A DNA stretch of 63,891 nucleotides, filler included, from Parasitella parasitica NRRL 2501 (taxonomy: Eukaryota > Fungi > Mucoromycota): assembly GCA_025201805.1 (NCBI GenBank). It is 8 parts of 8 records of this genome, joined end to end, with 100 filler letters (N's around TTAATTAATTAA, not from the genome) between each part and the next. Parts side by side here need not be neighbours in the genome. Positions count along the whole stretch, not along the records: positions 25,271 to 41,077 come from MU619341.1; positions 41,178 to 48,054 come from MU619400.1; positions 48,155 to 55,483 come from MU619267.1; 5 more parts are not named here. One strand, written 5' to 3'. Below, in pieces: positions 40,140 through 53,769 of this stretch. Below the pieces are notes generated by a model. That model was not told where the DNA came from. It made no database searches and was given only the letters and a program-made list of their open reading frames with translations. Position 1 is the first letter of the stretch, and every line of letters begins with the position of its first letter. A program made the position numbers and the translations under genes.

Positions 40140-40750
40140 TTGATAAGTTTTTGATAGAGCTTGCCACCACAGCCTGGGCAGAGGGAAGATGTTTTGTATT
40201 CGCCAATGAGATAGACTTTAAAACCGGTCTTTTACAGCTTCTTGGCTGGGGGCTCTTTTCGGGAGGTATCGCAGTTCTGTTTAATGATACTGGCACCAAC
40301 TCCATCAGTTTCAAGAGTACCTTTGAAGCTTAAGGGTCCTTGGTTTTTAAAAGCCTTGATTTTAAGATTGACTATAGATCCCAAGTTTTCGAGTTGACTT
40401 AGTATCAAATGTTTCTTGCTTTGAATAATATGGTAGTAGATAATCTTGTTGTCTAACGTCATGTAGCAAGGAATAAACATCGTTCTTGATGGGAAACAAA
40501 AAAATTGCTTTACCGAATCAAACAATTCAGCAAGTTTAACGAAGACTTTGAAGTGGCTTTCTGGATTAGCCTTTACATCGTAGAAGATTGAATCCATTTT
40601 AAACTTGTAATTTTCTGGATATACTGACAAGAAAGTCTGCACTTTTAATTTTGATGATTCATTCAAAATATCAACATTGGGCATGCCTTTTTTTGGCTAC
40701 AGCTTGTATAACTTGGTTACAGGGATTGTAGGCCTTTTGTCATATCGCTC
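40140..40750 (-). pseudogene. Fanzor1 (eukaryotic TnpB-derived) nuclease relic, internally deleted
   Basis: SIFYDVKANPESHF, FFCFPSRTMFIPCYMTLD, FKGTLETDGVGASI (TDG motif), then after a stop KTGFKVYLIGEYKTSSLCPGC (RuvC-II plus Zn finger). Confidence 0.75.
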
Positions 40751-40815
40751 CTTTACAGTTGACGAAACTAGGTTGGGCCAATGAAAATAAATTTTGGTCA
40801 TTTCCAAATTGAGTT

Positions 40816-40899
40816 GGGACACGATTACAAAAATGGGTCACGAATACGAAAATGGGACAACAAGATGAAAATGGGATATGAGTACGAACATGGAGACAA
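40816..40899. repeat. Degenerate 19-bp tandem minisatellite (~4.5 units)
   Basis: gggacacgattacaaaaat / gggtcacgaatacgaaaat / gggacaacaagatgaaaat / gggatatgagtacgaacat. Confidence 0.8.
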
Positions 40900-41177
40900 T
40901 GTTAGTATCTTTCAGAAGAATCAGAATTATTACAGCTTCTTACCTGCAATATCTTTAAGTTGCTGACTCACCGGAGTGAGCAGCAACAACCACATTGGAG
41001 GTGGCGGTATGTCTTTTGAAGACCTGGGGGCGGCCATTTCCACACCAAATTGATGTGGCAATGGTGAGCATGTTCTTNNNNNNNNNNNNNNNNNNNNNNN
41101 NNNNNNNNNNNNNNNNNNNNNTTAATTAATTAANNNNNNNNNNNNNNNNNNNNNNNNNNNNNNNNNNNNNNNNNNNN

Positions 41178-41265
41178 CGAAGGCTGGAAATGTGGTAAAT
41201 ACCCACCCATGGTACAAATTCTGGTGAATAGTTCCCCTCCCTAAAAAAAAAAAAAAAAAAAAAAA

Positions 41266-41330
<65 letters not shown>

Positions 41331-41470
41331 ATTATATATTATCACATAGCAGCATTGAAAGATATAGGGAAGAAAGGGATTCAAATTTATTATTACTATA
41401 TATATGAAAAATAAAGCGTGGCTCTGAGAGCATTTACCACATTTCCAGCCTTCGCTTCGGCAACATTTTG
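41178..41470. mobile_element. Small TIR (MITE-like) element with a poly(A) interior; another end copy at 55330-55483
   Basis: CGAAGGCTGGAAATGTGGTAAAT at 41178 is inverted at ~41432-41454; terminus CAAAATGTTGCC abuts AT in both copies. Confidence 0.7.
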
Positions 41471-41724
41471 ATTTTCATAAGGCTATGAAAACTAATTTAG
41501 CCAAGACAATGTACGAGCAATTTTTGGAAAAGCTGGGGAAATCCTATGACCCTTCCAAAATTCAAGGTGTGTATAAAATAGACGTGCCTGTTATTTTCAT
41601 TGCCATTTGACTAACATCCAATATTGAAGATGGCGAATTTGGTGCAATGATGATTGTCAACATTTCGAACGATGGCCCTGTCACATTAGAGTTAGATTCT
41701 CGTAAATTCACATATGATTCCTAA
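41470..41724 (+). CDS. DTD1: 3' part of D-aminoacyl-tRNA deacylase; 5' part missing from this contig
   Basis: DFHKAMK..IQ-DGEFGAMMIVNISNDGPVTLELDS* containing the Gly-cisPro motif NDGPVT; one intron. Confidence 0.88.
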
Positions 41725-41784
41725 ACGCAGATAGATACTTTTTTTATTTATTTCTCTAAATAAAAAAAAGACACACACACACAT

Positions 41785-43634
<1,850 letters not shown>

Positions 43635-44679
43635 CGTATGTTTAAGTGTGTATACTTCTGTATAAAGAGAGAAAGAGAGCGTAGACTAATTCAAATTAAA
43701 TTAAAACTCTTTTTCAGTAATCAACAGTCAACATCCTTTTGATGTTTTAACTGATTCAAGGAGGTTTTCAGGCCAATTTTATGCATATAAAGCAAGATTG
43801 TGTTTGGCTTGCTTTAGACGCTTTCGATCATAACCAACTCTTTATTTTGCGCTTTCCAAGTTTTATCTATAAAATCCCTTTGAGCTACATCACAAAAACA
43901 GATTAAAACAGATTTTCAATTTTGATCAAATACAATTGCATATTTGGCACATGGTAATTATAATGCTATTGCTCTTTATGTTGTACTGGTCAATCTACAT
44001 CAACTTCGCACCATATGTTTCAAGATTCTGGCAGTTTCATTGATGCTCTTCACTGCATTGAATATCAAATTGCCTGAATGATGTGCCTAACCAATCCAAG
44101 ATTTTATAGTCCAACACCACATATACCAACTCCATTTTCAGAACATTGGAGTTTTTCTGTGGATAACAGGCAATAGGGCTTCCTCATATCAATCTAGTAT
44201 CGATAAATTTTTATTACAATTCCACTATTCACAGTTAAATCGATTTATAATAAACGCGCGAATTTGCGATGGATATGAGACGATAAAAATTTCTCTGGAA
44301 ACGGAGGAGTTGGTGTAATTTTATTACACTAGCATGAGGGGGAATAATCTGACTTGAGCTTTAGCAGATGCGAATAGGAAATGTACAAACTATTAAGCGG
44401 TGGAAACAATCTTTCGCCAAAACCTTTGTTTTTGCACCACTCTACAACATATTCGAGTCTCATGTATCCTACTTTTCAGATTTTGCTATGTTTGGACCCC
44501 AAACCTCTTATTCGGTTTCAGTTTTCAACTTTGGGTCAATCTTCAGGGCCATTTTTAGGTAGGAATTTGGGGTTCAAACTAATTATACAGGCTTATACTA
44601 CTATGACTACTATACCTTAACACGTCTTCCGATTCTTGAAATCTATCTTTGTTGTCGAGATATTGCCAAACCAGAGTAT

Positions 44680-47160
44680 CAAAATAGGCATAAACATCAA
44701 AGAATTCATCTCGGCTGGACAGAACCGTAGACGTAAAGTCAACTTGAGCCATTAGGTTTCACTGATAATGCCGAACAAAGGTATCCGAAGAAGCCCAGTT
44801 TGCAAGGGCCACGATATTGTCAAGGGAGGTACCGTGGTCAAGGCGCGAGAGGAGGCTAACGACCGAATAGAGACCCTGGTTTCATCTGTGCATAAGAGGA
44901 TGAGTTCACGATGTAACCAAGTAGAAATAGTTAATGCAGAAAGAGGTTGATTGATGCTGCTAGATTTGACAAACAGTTTGGAGTGGGTTAGGCGAGCCTG
45001 TAGAGCCGGATGGTCGCGAAGTGCCTTTGAGTACTGTACAGGGCATAATTCGAAGTCTTCTTCCTGTGGGTGAATCGAGAAAGGCTTGATTATTCGTCTC
45101 TTTCACCACTAGTTCCTTCGGAGCAACAACTTTCAGGAGAAGACAACCATTTTCCGAGATAGAACATGTAACAGGGATGCGAACCAAATCAGAGGGACGG
45201 AGAAAGGCAGCCATTGGCAAGAGAAAGGCCAATTTTTGCTGTAGCAATTTGATGTTGGTAGACGATCTGGAGGCAATAAAACGAGTGTTCGCCAAAGCCG
45301 GAGAAGCATCAATGAATGGACGATGAATTGAGACTGGTGGAGCTTGCTTCGCAATGGTATCCAAATAAGAGTGAATGAGTCGGTCTTTGCTAATACCTGT
45401 AGTATCGTCATGAAGATAAACCACCGCTGCTCGTAGAGTTTTGAGGGTAGAAGCCTGCATATTGTGTTCTTGACGCATGCTGGCCAAAAAGTTCACGACA
45501 TCTGAAGGGGTAAAGCCTGTAAAAGAGACGTTGCTTTTAGTAGCCCAAGCCAAGAAACGCAACTAATTACGACGGTATTGCTGGTTGGTAGCATTGTCAG
45601 CTAAACGCTCCGCCAAGAGGTCCTCAGCCGCTTGTGCACTGAGATTTTGGCTTTCTAGTTTAGCACGAATAATGTCCATACGGAGAGCATCCAGTATCGG
45701 TGAAGTAACGGATGAGGAGTTTGTGGAGACGTTGTCTGAACTGACTGTGAGGACAACAGCAAGGGATCCGTCAAAGCTACACATGGGAGAAGAGGAAAGC
45801 AAATCGCACTCAGCCAATAGGGTATCACTAGAGTCACTTGAGGAAGTTGTTCCTGCAAGATCTTGCGGAGTACTCTCCTAATGAGGTTCCAGGCAGGGTT
45901 GATGAAAGGATGGTGAAACATCGTTCACGGGATGGAAAACGCATCTGTATGGATAGAGTCGGGATCGGGTAGCCAAGATTCGTACTTTGGCAATAGCTTG
46001 GTTATCCTGTTGGCGAAGAGGTCCTGAGTGATTCCGTATCTGCTATCGTGCTGTTCACTCCGCTGATGTATTGTGCCTGAATCAAGACTCCCATTTGGGA
46101 TTGTTGAAGAGCCAATTCTTTGTTGTATGCTATTAAGAGCCAGTCATCCAAATATGCTGAGATTCTGATGCCTTGAGAACGCAAGTGTTCCAAGATGGGC
46201 CTGCAGACTTTATTGAAGACATAAGGACTCAAAGCAATCGTACGGTATAGGTTAGCTTTACCTTTCTATTTCAAGCGTGAAAAGCGTTTCAATTCTGAAT
46301 GGAGACTTATATATAGGAATGCATCTGGCAAGTCGATTAAGACGAAGTAACCGTTTCGATGAATCATTAGTAATACTTCCTGTAACGTGTCATTTTGAAG
46401 TGAGGAGCATGAAGATATTGGTTGAGTCTTTTGAGATTGAAGACTAAGTGAGTGGCCCCTTCTTTCTTGGGGATAACAAACATAGAGCTGTGGAAGCCTG
46501 GTGTTTGTTGGACTTCTTCTGAAGAAACCAGTTCGATTGCTTGTTTTTCTAAGAGGTCGTGGATAGTCTAATAGATTAAAGACACTTGATCTTGAGATAA
46601 CAGGTGGATGGATGTTGGGGTTGTGTGAAATTGAATCTTATAGCTGTGTTGTATTATGATGTTGACGAATGAGTTGGTGGAAATTTTTGTCCAATTTGAA
46701 TAATACTTGCTGAGCCGATATCCTACTGGGTCGGTTGTTGTTACTGACGAAAAGGGTTGGTAGTGTTCTTGTTGTTATTGTTGGTGTTGCTGCAATTTAT
46801 AATTGCTGAAGAGACCACCCTGCTACGAGGGTAGGCCTGGCCGAAAAAAACTGCTGATCTGAAGTCTTTGAGAAAGAGTTTGAGAAATTAGGATTGCCAT
46901 TTTGGAAACGACAATGCTAGCGTTTGTTGATAGTTGCATCACGATTGGCCTTACGTACAGCCGTCTGCTGAATTAAGGTGTCCTGGAATTCATCCAAAGG
47001 ATGAGCGTAATTAACCTCTTTGCAAGACTTCAAGGAGAAAAATGATTGCCCTCACGGAGAGCGATATTGTTACGAGCTTGAGCCATCGATGCACCGACGT
47101 ACAATAAAAGTTTTCGTACATCTTGAAGCATAATACAATAACGCTCCAAATTTGGGTAGC
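44680..47160 (-). mobile_element. Degenerate DIRS tyrosine-recombinase retrotransposon (gag, RT, mostly deleted RNase H, DAM-like domain, YR)
   Basis: RT SPYVFNK..RISAYLDD; DAM-like NPAWNLIRRVLRKI..LVIPYW; YR AFLRPSDL with overlapping reading frames; stops and frameshifts. Confidence 0.88.
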
Positions 47161-48154
47161 CTGCTTCAAAAACCCAAATATGCAAGTTGACTAAAGGTAT
47201 GATATGAGCTGGTAATGACTGAGTGAAAAAGAAGACTGATAGGATAATGATTAGATTTTTTTTTCTTTAAATATCTTTGAATTCGCTATGAAATAAAGCT
47301 TCAAAAAGATTTTAGCACAATAACATTTCCTATTTTGTTCTGAAGGTCTCAAGAAATTTTTTCGTCCTAGAAATTTGTACTTTTGATTTTTAGTTGAAAT
47401 AAAGAAGCTACAGTTGTGAACAAAAATTGATGTGTATTTATTGACATGATAATTTGTTTGTTCAGGTTTATAAAGCTGGAAATGCTCAAAATTTGCTTGA
47501 TTTTATTCAAAAACTATCAAAAAGGCGTTTTTTGAATATTTGAAAAGTGGTAATAAGAAAAGATGTTTCTATACTCTTGCAATCTATATGGTTAGATGCA
47601 GAATTTATTTTTTGTCATAAAACACTTAGTAAGCACATCCGATATACCTATTGCGTTTATGAGATATCTAGCAATGAACCGTGTGCAAAAAGCTCGAAAT
47701 TTGGTTTGGGTCAAATGGAAACACAGTGCTGAGATTCAATCTACGGCCTTTTTTTTCGCTGTAAATGAGTCCAACACCTATTTTCAATTGAAGAGCAAAG
47801 CATGATTCTAATAGGCACCTTGCTTATGTCTCTATATGATTCGATAACTGAGATACTGCATAATACGGGCTAAAACCATTTTTGTATACCTTTATTTTTG
47901 TATGAAATAAATATCATCAAATCTGAAGTATTACTCCTTTTTCTGCTTAATAGACATAATTTGCAATTACTGATATCTTTACAAACTATTAAGCAATGAA
48001 AACATAAATTTCAGCCAAAATATCTCTCGTATAAACGATTCTTCTACAACATAANNNNNNNNNNNNNNNNNNNNNNNNNNNNNNNNNNNNNNNNNNNNTT
48101 AATTAATTAANNNNNNNNNNNNNNNNNNNNNNNNNNNNNNNNNNNNNNNNNNNN

Positions 48155-48954
48155 AAAGGCTACATAATCAAGACAATACTGTATGTGACGATATGAAATT
48201 AAAGCGATAATAAACTACTGGTTCATACTACAATGAGAAATAAACAAAAGCTAAAGCTACATTTTTATACGCAAATTTTACTTTTTTGAGCACATTTTTT
48301 TGAGTGTACGGGCACATTTTCGCCTCATGAGCACATTTTTTCAAGCGTTTTGAGCGCAATTTTAAGCCTATGAAACTAGTAATTTATGTGCTCATTTGAG
48401 CATAAAAATGTGATCATAAAATGTTTCAATTTTGTTGTATCCATAGAATACCATGGTTACCACTATTTCAACTCAGTTGTCATGGCAACCGTTCCTNNNN
48501 NNNNNNNNNNNNNNNNNNNNNNNNNNNNNNNNNNNNNNNNNNNNNNNNNNNNNNNNNNNNNNNNNNNNNNNNNNNNNNNNNNNNNNNNNNNNNNNNNNNN
48601 NTACTACTGTGTTATAATCTTGTTTGACAATTAAATGTCAAACATGACCTGATTGTATTTTATAGATTGATTTAGATAGATTTATTCCAATATAAATAGA
48701 CAGCTTTTTGTCAATCAATAAATCAATAGTTTTGTATCTGGTAAATTAAGTCTTTATTACATCCTTATATTTTTATATCACATACAATCACCTGCTGTGC
48801 TCAATTTCAAGACCTGGCACAACAAATTTTTGTTCTCGCATGAGCACATTTATCGCCTTAACCTAGCTCGATAAGCACTTTTTTTTGGCTCTAAAAGAAT
48901 GTTCCCGTTCATGCACATCAATATTCTCATAAGAACATTGGCGAGGCCATAGTG
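48155..48954 (-). mobile_element. CACTA family end containing a nested solo LTR (48433-48824, TGTTG...CAACA, TSD AATTT)
   Basis: Reverse-complement match to 15614-16015; 5-bp TSD at 48428-32 and 48825-29; LTR start also found inverted at ~23085-23150. Confidence 0.85.
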
Positions 48955-49451
48955 AATAAACTCATATTAAAAAGTAATGAAACATCTGACCGTAAAATAA
49001 TTTGGCATACGTTGAGATCTGCAAGATCGAAAATAAGAAAAGTATAAAATAGAACGTTGAATCAACGAGATACTAAGATTAGAGATTATTTCTTTATTAA
49101 ATATTCAATTTTGCGTCTATTATCTATACTTTTTACAAGCACATAAATATTTGGTGACTTATTCAAAATACTAGTCGCTACTAATTGATAAGAGTAATTT
49201 GCAAGCAACATTATATCCTTAACAGAGTCCAATGTATTATCATACTACAATGCTATTGATCTTTGATCTGACAGCATCCTATTGTTTGTCAATCATACAG
49301 ATCTGTGTTACAGATAACCTTCCTGATTTGAAACAGAGACTTTATTCTCCTGTTTCGACAAGTAAAACAACACATCATTGGATAATCTTCAATCTTTAAT
49401 TGAAGTGTACACTATTATGATTTCCTAATTACCTGCATTATGGCAGATCAC

Positions 49452-49776
49452 TGGTTTTTCAGGTGGTTTCAAATCCAAGTACATGTTGTAATTAGTAACA
49501 TCCTCGAGAGGATACTCTAATTCATCAGCTTCCTTTTCAAAAATTGCAGCTTGTTCGCTTTCTTCATTGTGAAAGTTTCCTTTTTACCATCTTCATATAT
49601 AAATTGGTCCATTGTCGAATTAATTTTTTTTTCGAAAAGTGAACGAAAATATTTACTGCTAGTGATCAGTATTTATATTTTTTTTGTGAACTATTTTCTA
49701 ATTTTCTTGTGAACGATTTTTTATTTATTTTCTGATTTGTTTTTTTTTGTGAGCGATTATTTTCCGGAAATAGTGT
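49452..49776 (-). mobile_element. Probable 5' fragment of an IS630/Tc1-like transposon
   Basis: MDQFIYEDG-KGNFHNE..YPLEDVTNYNMY resembles the N-termini of Mucorales Tc1-like transposases; end lies next to TA. Confidence 0.45.
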
Positions 49777-50160
49777 ATAGACTGGAGATTATGGCGATGT
49801 ACTTCAATTGATGATTGAGGATTTTCCAATGATGCGATGTGATACGCTTGTGTAAATTGGAGAATAAAGTCTCTGTTTTAAATCAAGAAGGTTATTCCTG
49901 GTAAGGGATTTGGGTAAAAAGAGGGTATTAAAAAAGGGGGCACTTTTTGGATAATACATATTCCGGGAATATTGGGGGGGTACTACCAGTAAACAGTGAC
50001 AGTGACAAATGATAGTAGTAGGGCTTAGAATATCGCAAACAAGACAGTATATATAGTACTACCTAATGTCATACATTACATCCAACAACTAAATTAATAC
50101 AGTATCACTTCCCTCGTCAACCTTTTTTCTCTAAAATTTTCAATATTAAAAAGTAAAAAT

Positions 50161-51443
50161 ATGCGAAGCAAAGCCATATTTGAAACACAATTTCCAACTG
50201 AATCAGTTATCGAGATTTCCGAAGTCAACTTCAATGAAAAGCTTCAAACATTTGACCGGTCGAACATTGATATAGGGTGGGCGTTATTGAAAAGTAATTA
50301 CTATTACCCAAATGAAAGAAAAATGGAGAAGAATAAAGGTCCTGTTGTACTTGGTGAAGACGAATATGTCAAAGACAAAAGAATCACCAAACGTTGCGCA
50401 TGTGACTACTACTGTAATACTTCTAAATGCCCTGGTTATGGTCGCCCTCTTAGACCTCACATGAACGAGCATAAGGCAGTCAAGGATCAGATATGCAATA
50501 AATGCAAAATTGCAATGGAAAAGAGGCCATGTCTTGTCGTGGTAGAGTTCTACTATTGAGTCTTGGGAAAAAATGGTAGTACTCGCACTATGACCCATAT
50601 GATTGATAAGAAACAAGGCACAAAAGTTCACTCTCATGGAAAATATCTTCCTATTCATCTTACCTCTGAAGAACAGAAACAGATTGATCTTTTGACAAAA
50701 GAAGACCCATTTATTACTCCTATAGGCGCTACTACTGGGATTTCTTCCACTGCTAAAAGAATCAAAGGTACTCCGTCTATCAACAAAATATTGAGCAACA
50801 AAGATCGCACAAGATACCATTTGAGAGAGTCCAAGCATGCAAGTCTGTATTTCAGTGCACTGCTAATGAAGCCCTCGCTCTTACGAAAGGCTGCTACATG
50901 CATTGGATGCAATCAGTCGTTCGTGTGTCAAGAAATCACAAGTTGGTGCCTCCTGAAAAGCTAAATGTCTTTAAGAAACTTGTTTATGACTTGAGAACGA
51001 CAACATATGAAGAGACATATAAACAAGCCATTAAAGCGATATTGTCAAACTTCCCTTATCTTAAGACTTGGCTTATGTGGTTGGTACAACTAACAACTGC
51101 CAGCACAATCTTTGCCTGTCCCTCTGTGATGAATCTTGGTTTGCAAATGCATGAATCTAGAACAACCAACAGTGTGGAGGTGTATCATAAAAAGTTGTAC
51201 ACTATGATCCCCACACGACTGCCGGTTTCAACTGCTCTAAAATTAATTTTAGAGGTGTCTAGACGTGATGGCGAAGTACTACAAAATGTATTGGATTACA
51301 ATATCCCCATATCGTATGGCTCACAAGCCAAAATTATCAAGAAGACAAAGAAGTCAAAGCCTCTTGACAGGTCTTTTAGCAATAGTTTTGATCAAAACAA
51401 TGGCAGAGCCCCTGATTGCGACTATGCCATATTTAAGGATTGA
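50161..51443 (+). pseudogene. MULE transposase with a GCM/WRKY-type Zn DNA-binding domain; central DDE region deleted
   Basis: C..YYC....C...RPLRP..C..C..PC...HSH (GCM-like); C-terminal GCYMHWMQSV (CxxH) and RTTNSVEVYH (catalytic E motif); internal stop and frameshift. Confidence 0.75.
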
Positions 51444-51993
51444 AAAAGCGAAAAAAAAAAGAAAGCAGAAAGTTAGCGAAGAAAATACTAGTCAGAAGAG
51501 AACAAAGAAGGTGAAGACAGCATTGAAAGAAGAATCAGATGTTTATCTAAAAGCCTATGAAGATGAATATGTTGATGAGCCTAATAGAGGTTTCTTTGAT
51601 GAACTATGCCAGTACAAAGAATTGGAAGTGGACGATGGTAATATTCTTGAACATATACAGAAGCTGGAAATTCAAGAAAAAGACTTAGAAAGCAGTGATA
51701 TAAAAAGGTTGTTTCAAGGTATATAAATAATATTTTTTCTTCATACTGTAAACCACCCAATATAATAATTAAATCTTGCTTCTCAATCTCGACAACCTGC
51801 AGCTGAATCAGAAACAAATATCTCTGTAACTGAAAAAAATGCTATCAAACGTTCTGAAGCTGTTACAAACCGCAAATTGGATATAGAATTCTTATTGGAG
51901 TCTTCTAAAAAAACAGTTGAAGATACCTCCTAAAAGGCCTGTCAACCCTCTTTTGAAGAATCTGAACCGCCACTAATAGATTATAGGTTACTA

Positions 51994-53293
51994 GTGTCTC
52001 AGGTTAATTTCACTCCAATGGTTTCCATCTGTGAGCAGCCCAAATTCTACTCGTATATTAAGGTTAACTCACAAAATGCCTGCTTTATTGACGCTAACCT
52101 CGAGCTTCTCTGGAATGCCGTACTTCCACTGGTTGATCTCTCAGGGTACCACGTCCATTCCTCAAAAAATCCATATGATAAATGTCTACTGGATTCATAT
52201 AAATTTTATCGCGAACAAAAGAAGGATTCGACAGACCAGGCAACTTTGATGGCAAGAAACTTTGTTTGGAGTCTGAAAGACGCGAAAGGAAATCTACTGT
52301 TTCGAAAAGGAGAGCAAGCTTGCTGTGCTTCTGTTTTTCGGATGATCATGAATGAGTTGTCTCCTGAACTAGCAACTATGATAAGTGTAGATCCTGGTAC
52401 AATTTTTTCGAACAAGAAGTGCAATGCTGGTCACAATTATACTGATATTATTCAACCAGCAGCCAGAATTATTGATGTATGGTTGGATCTTTACCAAAGC
52501 TTGTCTGCAAATAGCTATCATTATAATGAAGCTGAATTGGAAGAGAAGTTTTCTGAATTATTTCTTCAAAGATATACTTATGCGGTAGAAGAAAAGCTAT
52601 GCGACTACGACGACAATTGTAAAAACAAAATGACCAGAAAGAACAAATTTGCTACATTATCTCGATTTCTTTTCATGATGGACATGTGCAACTTCAGCTT
52701 AATTCGTGAAAACAAAGGCAATGTATACTTCCCCACGACTTTCAAAATATCGTTTGGAAATGTGTTATGCGCAGAGGATATATAATACGATCTGCTCAAA
52801 AAAATGTATAACTTTATAAAAATAAAATCAGACACAAAAACTAATGACTTTATTGATAAGAAAATGCCACCTTTTTATACTAGACTATATCTATTGTAAC
52901 ACTATTTGTCATCATGGTTAAACATTGAACTTGGTATTTAATACCAAGTTTATTACATGTTCTACTATATGTACATTAATAGCTTATTCCTTGTCATTGT
53001 ATACAAAGAATTACCAATTTAATAATTGCTTAATCTCATGCCTTTCTGGCACAACAAAATGGACTCCATGAATCTGCCACATATTGTCTGCATGCACGAG
53101 TTTATTCAGCTACAGCTACAGGTAGCCATTTTCATACAGTTTGCTATAAGATGATTTCCGGTAGACTGTGTCTCGTAAAGATTGATAATATTGACGAAGC
53201 CATAATTCCAATTACATTTGATCATGAAAGAGCGGCAAAAATCTTGAAGTATACAGAGAATACCGTGTACGTTTGTTATAAAAAAATTGAATA
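51994..53293 (+). pseudogene. USP/C19-like cysteine protease cargo inside the MULE
   Basis: Cys-box-like NSQNACFIDANLELLW; GEQACCASVF (QQD-box-like); two Cys pairs; His-box-like YCLHARVYS..GSHFHTVCY (~53070-53150); terminal VYVCYKK. Confidence 0.6.
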
Positions 53294-53769
53294 AAACTTT
53301 AATAATAAATTATGTATATTTTCGAGGGTTTTGGATAAAAAGACCTGTCAGATCATGAAATGATAATGTTCTTGCATAAATTATCAGCACCCCCATAACC
53401 ACTCGGAATATTTATTATCCACAGGATCATCTATTATCCAAAAAAATACCCCCTTTTCAAGTACCCACTTTTTCTCAGTAGCCTTCCTGTAAGTAACACA
53501 GATCTGAGCACCAGGATAAAGGTTAAGGCACTGACAGATCAAAGACGTGTAGCCCTTGCTGTAATCTCATATCGTACCCTGTCAAGTAGATTGTCACTGT
53601 GAATTAGTCTTGTCAATTAGTAATCTAAATAAGTCACCATAAATTTATGTAGTTGTAAAAAGTATAAATAGCAGATGCAATTCCGATCTTGAATAAAGTA
53701 TCTTTAAGTTTTCGTATCTCGTTAACATTTGGTTTTTTATTATCTTTTTTAACTCAACAAGATGCCACC

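Larger units (their letters stand above)
49906..53483 (+). mobile_element. Mutator-like (MULE) DNA transposon, 3.6 kb, with imperfect TIRs and a ~9-10-bp TSD
   Basis: GG...CC ends; TIR AAAAAG(A/T)GGGTA..AAAAGGGGG..TTTTTGGATAATA; TSD TTCCTG(G)TAAG; empty site visible at 22927-22936. Confidence 0.85.

Noticed and set aside
40816-40899. CRISPR-like array
   Set aside because: Degenerate tandem units with no unique spacers, in a eukaryotic context with no cas genes
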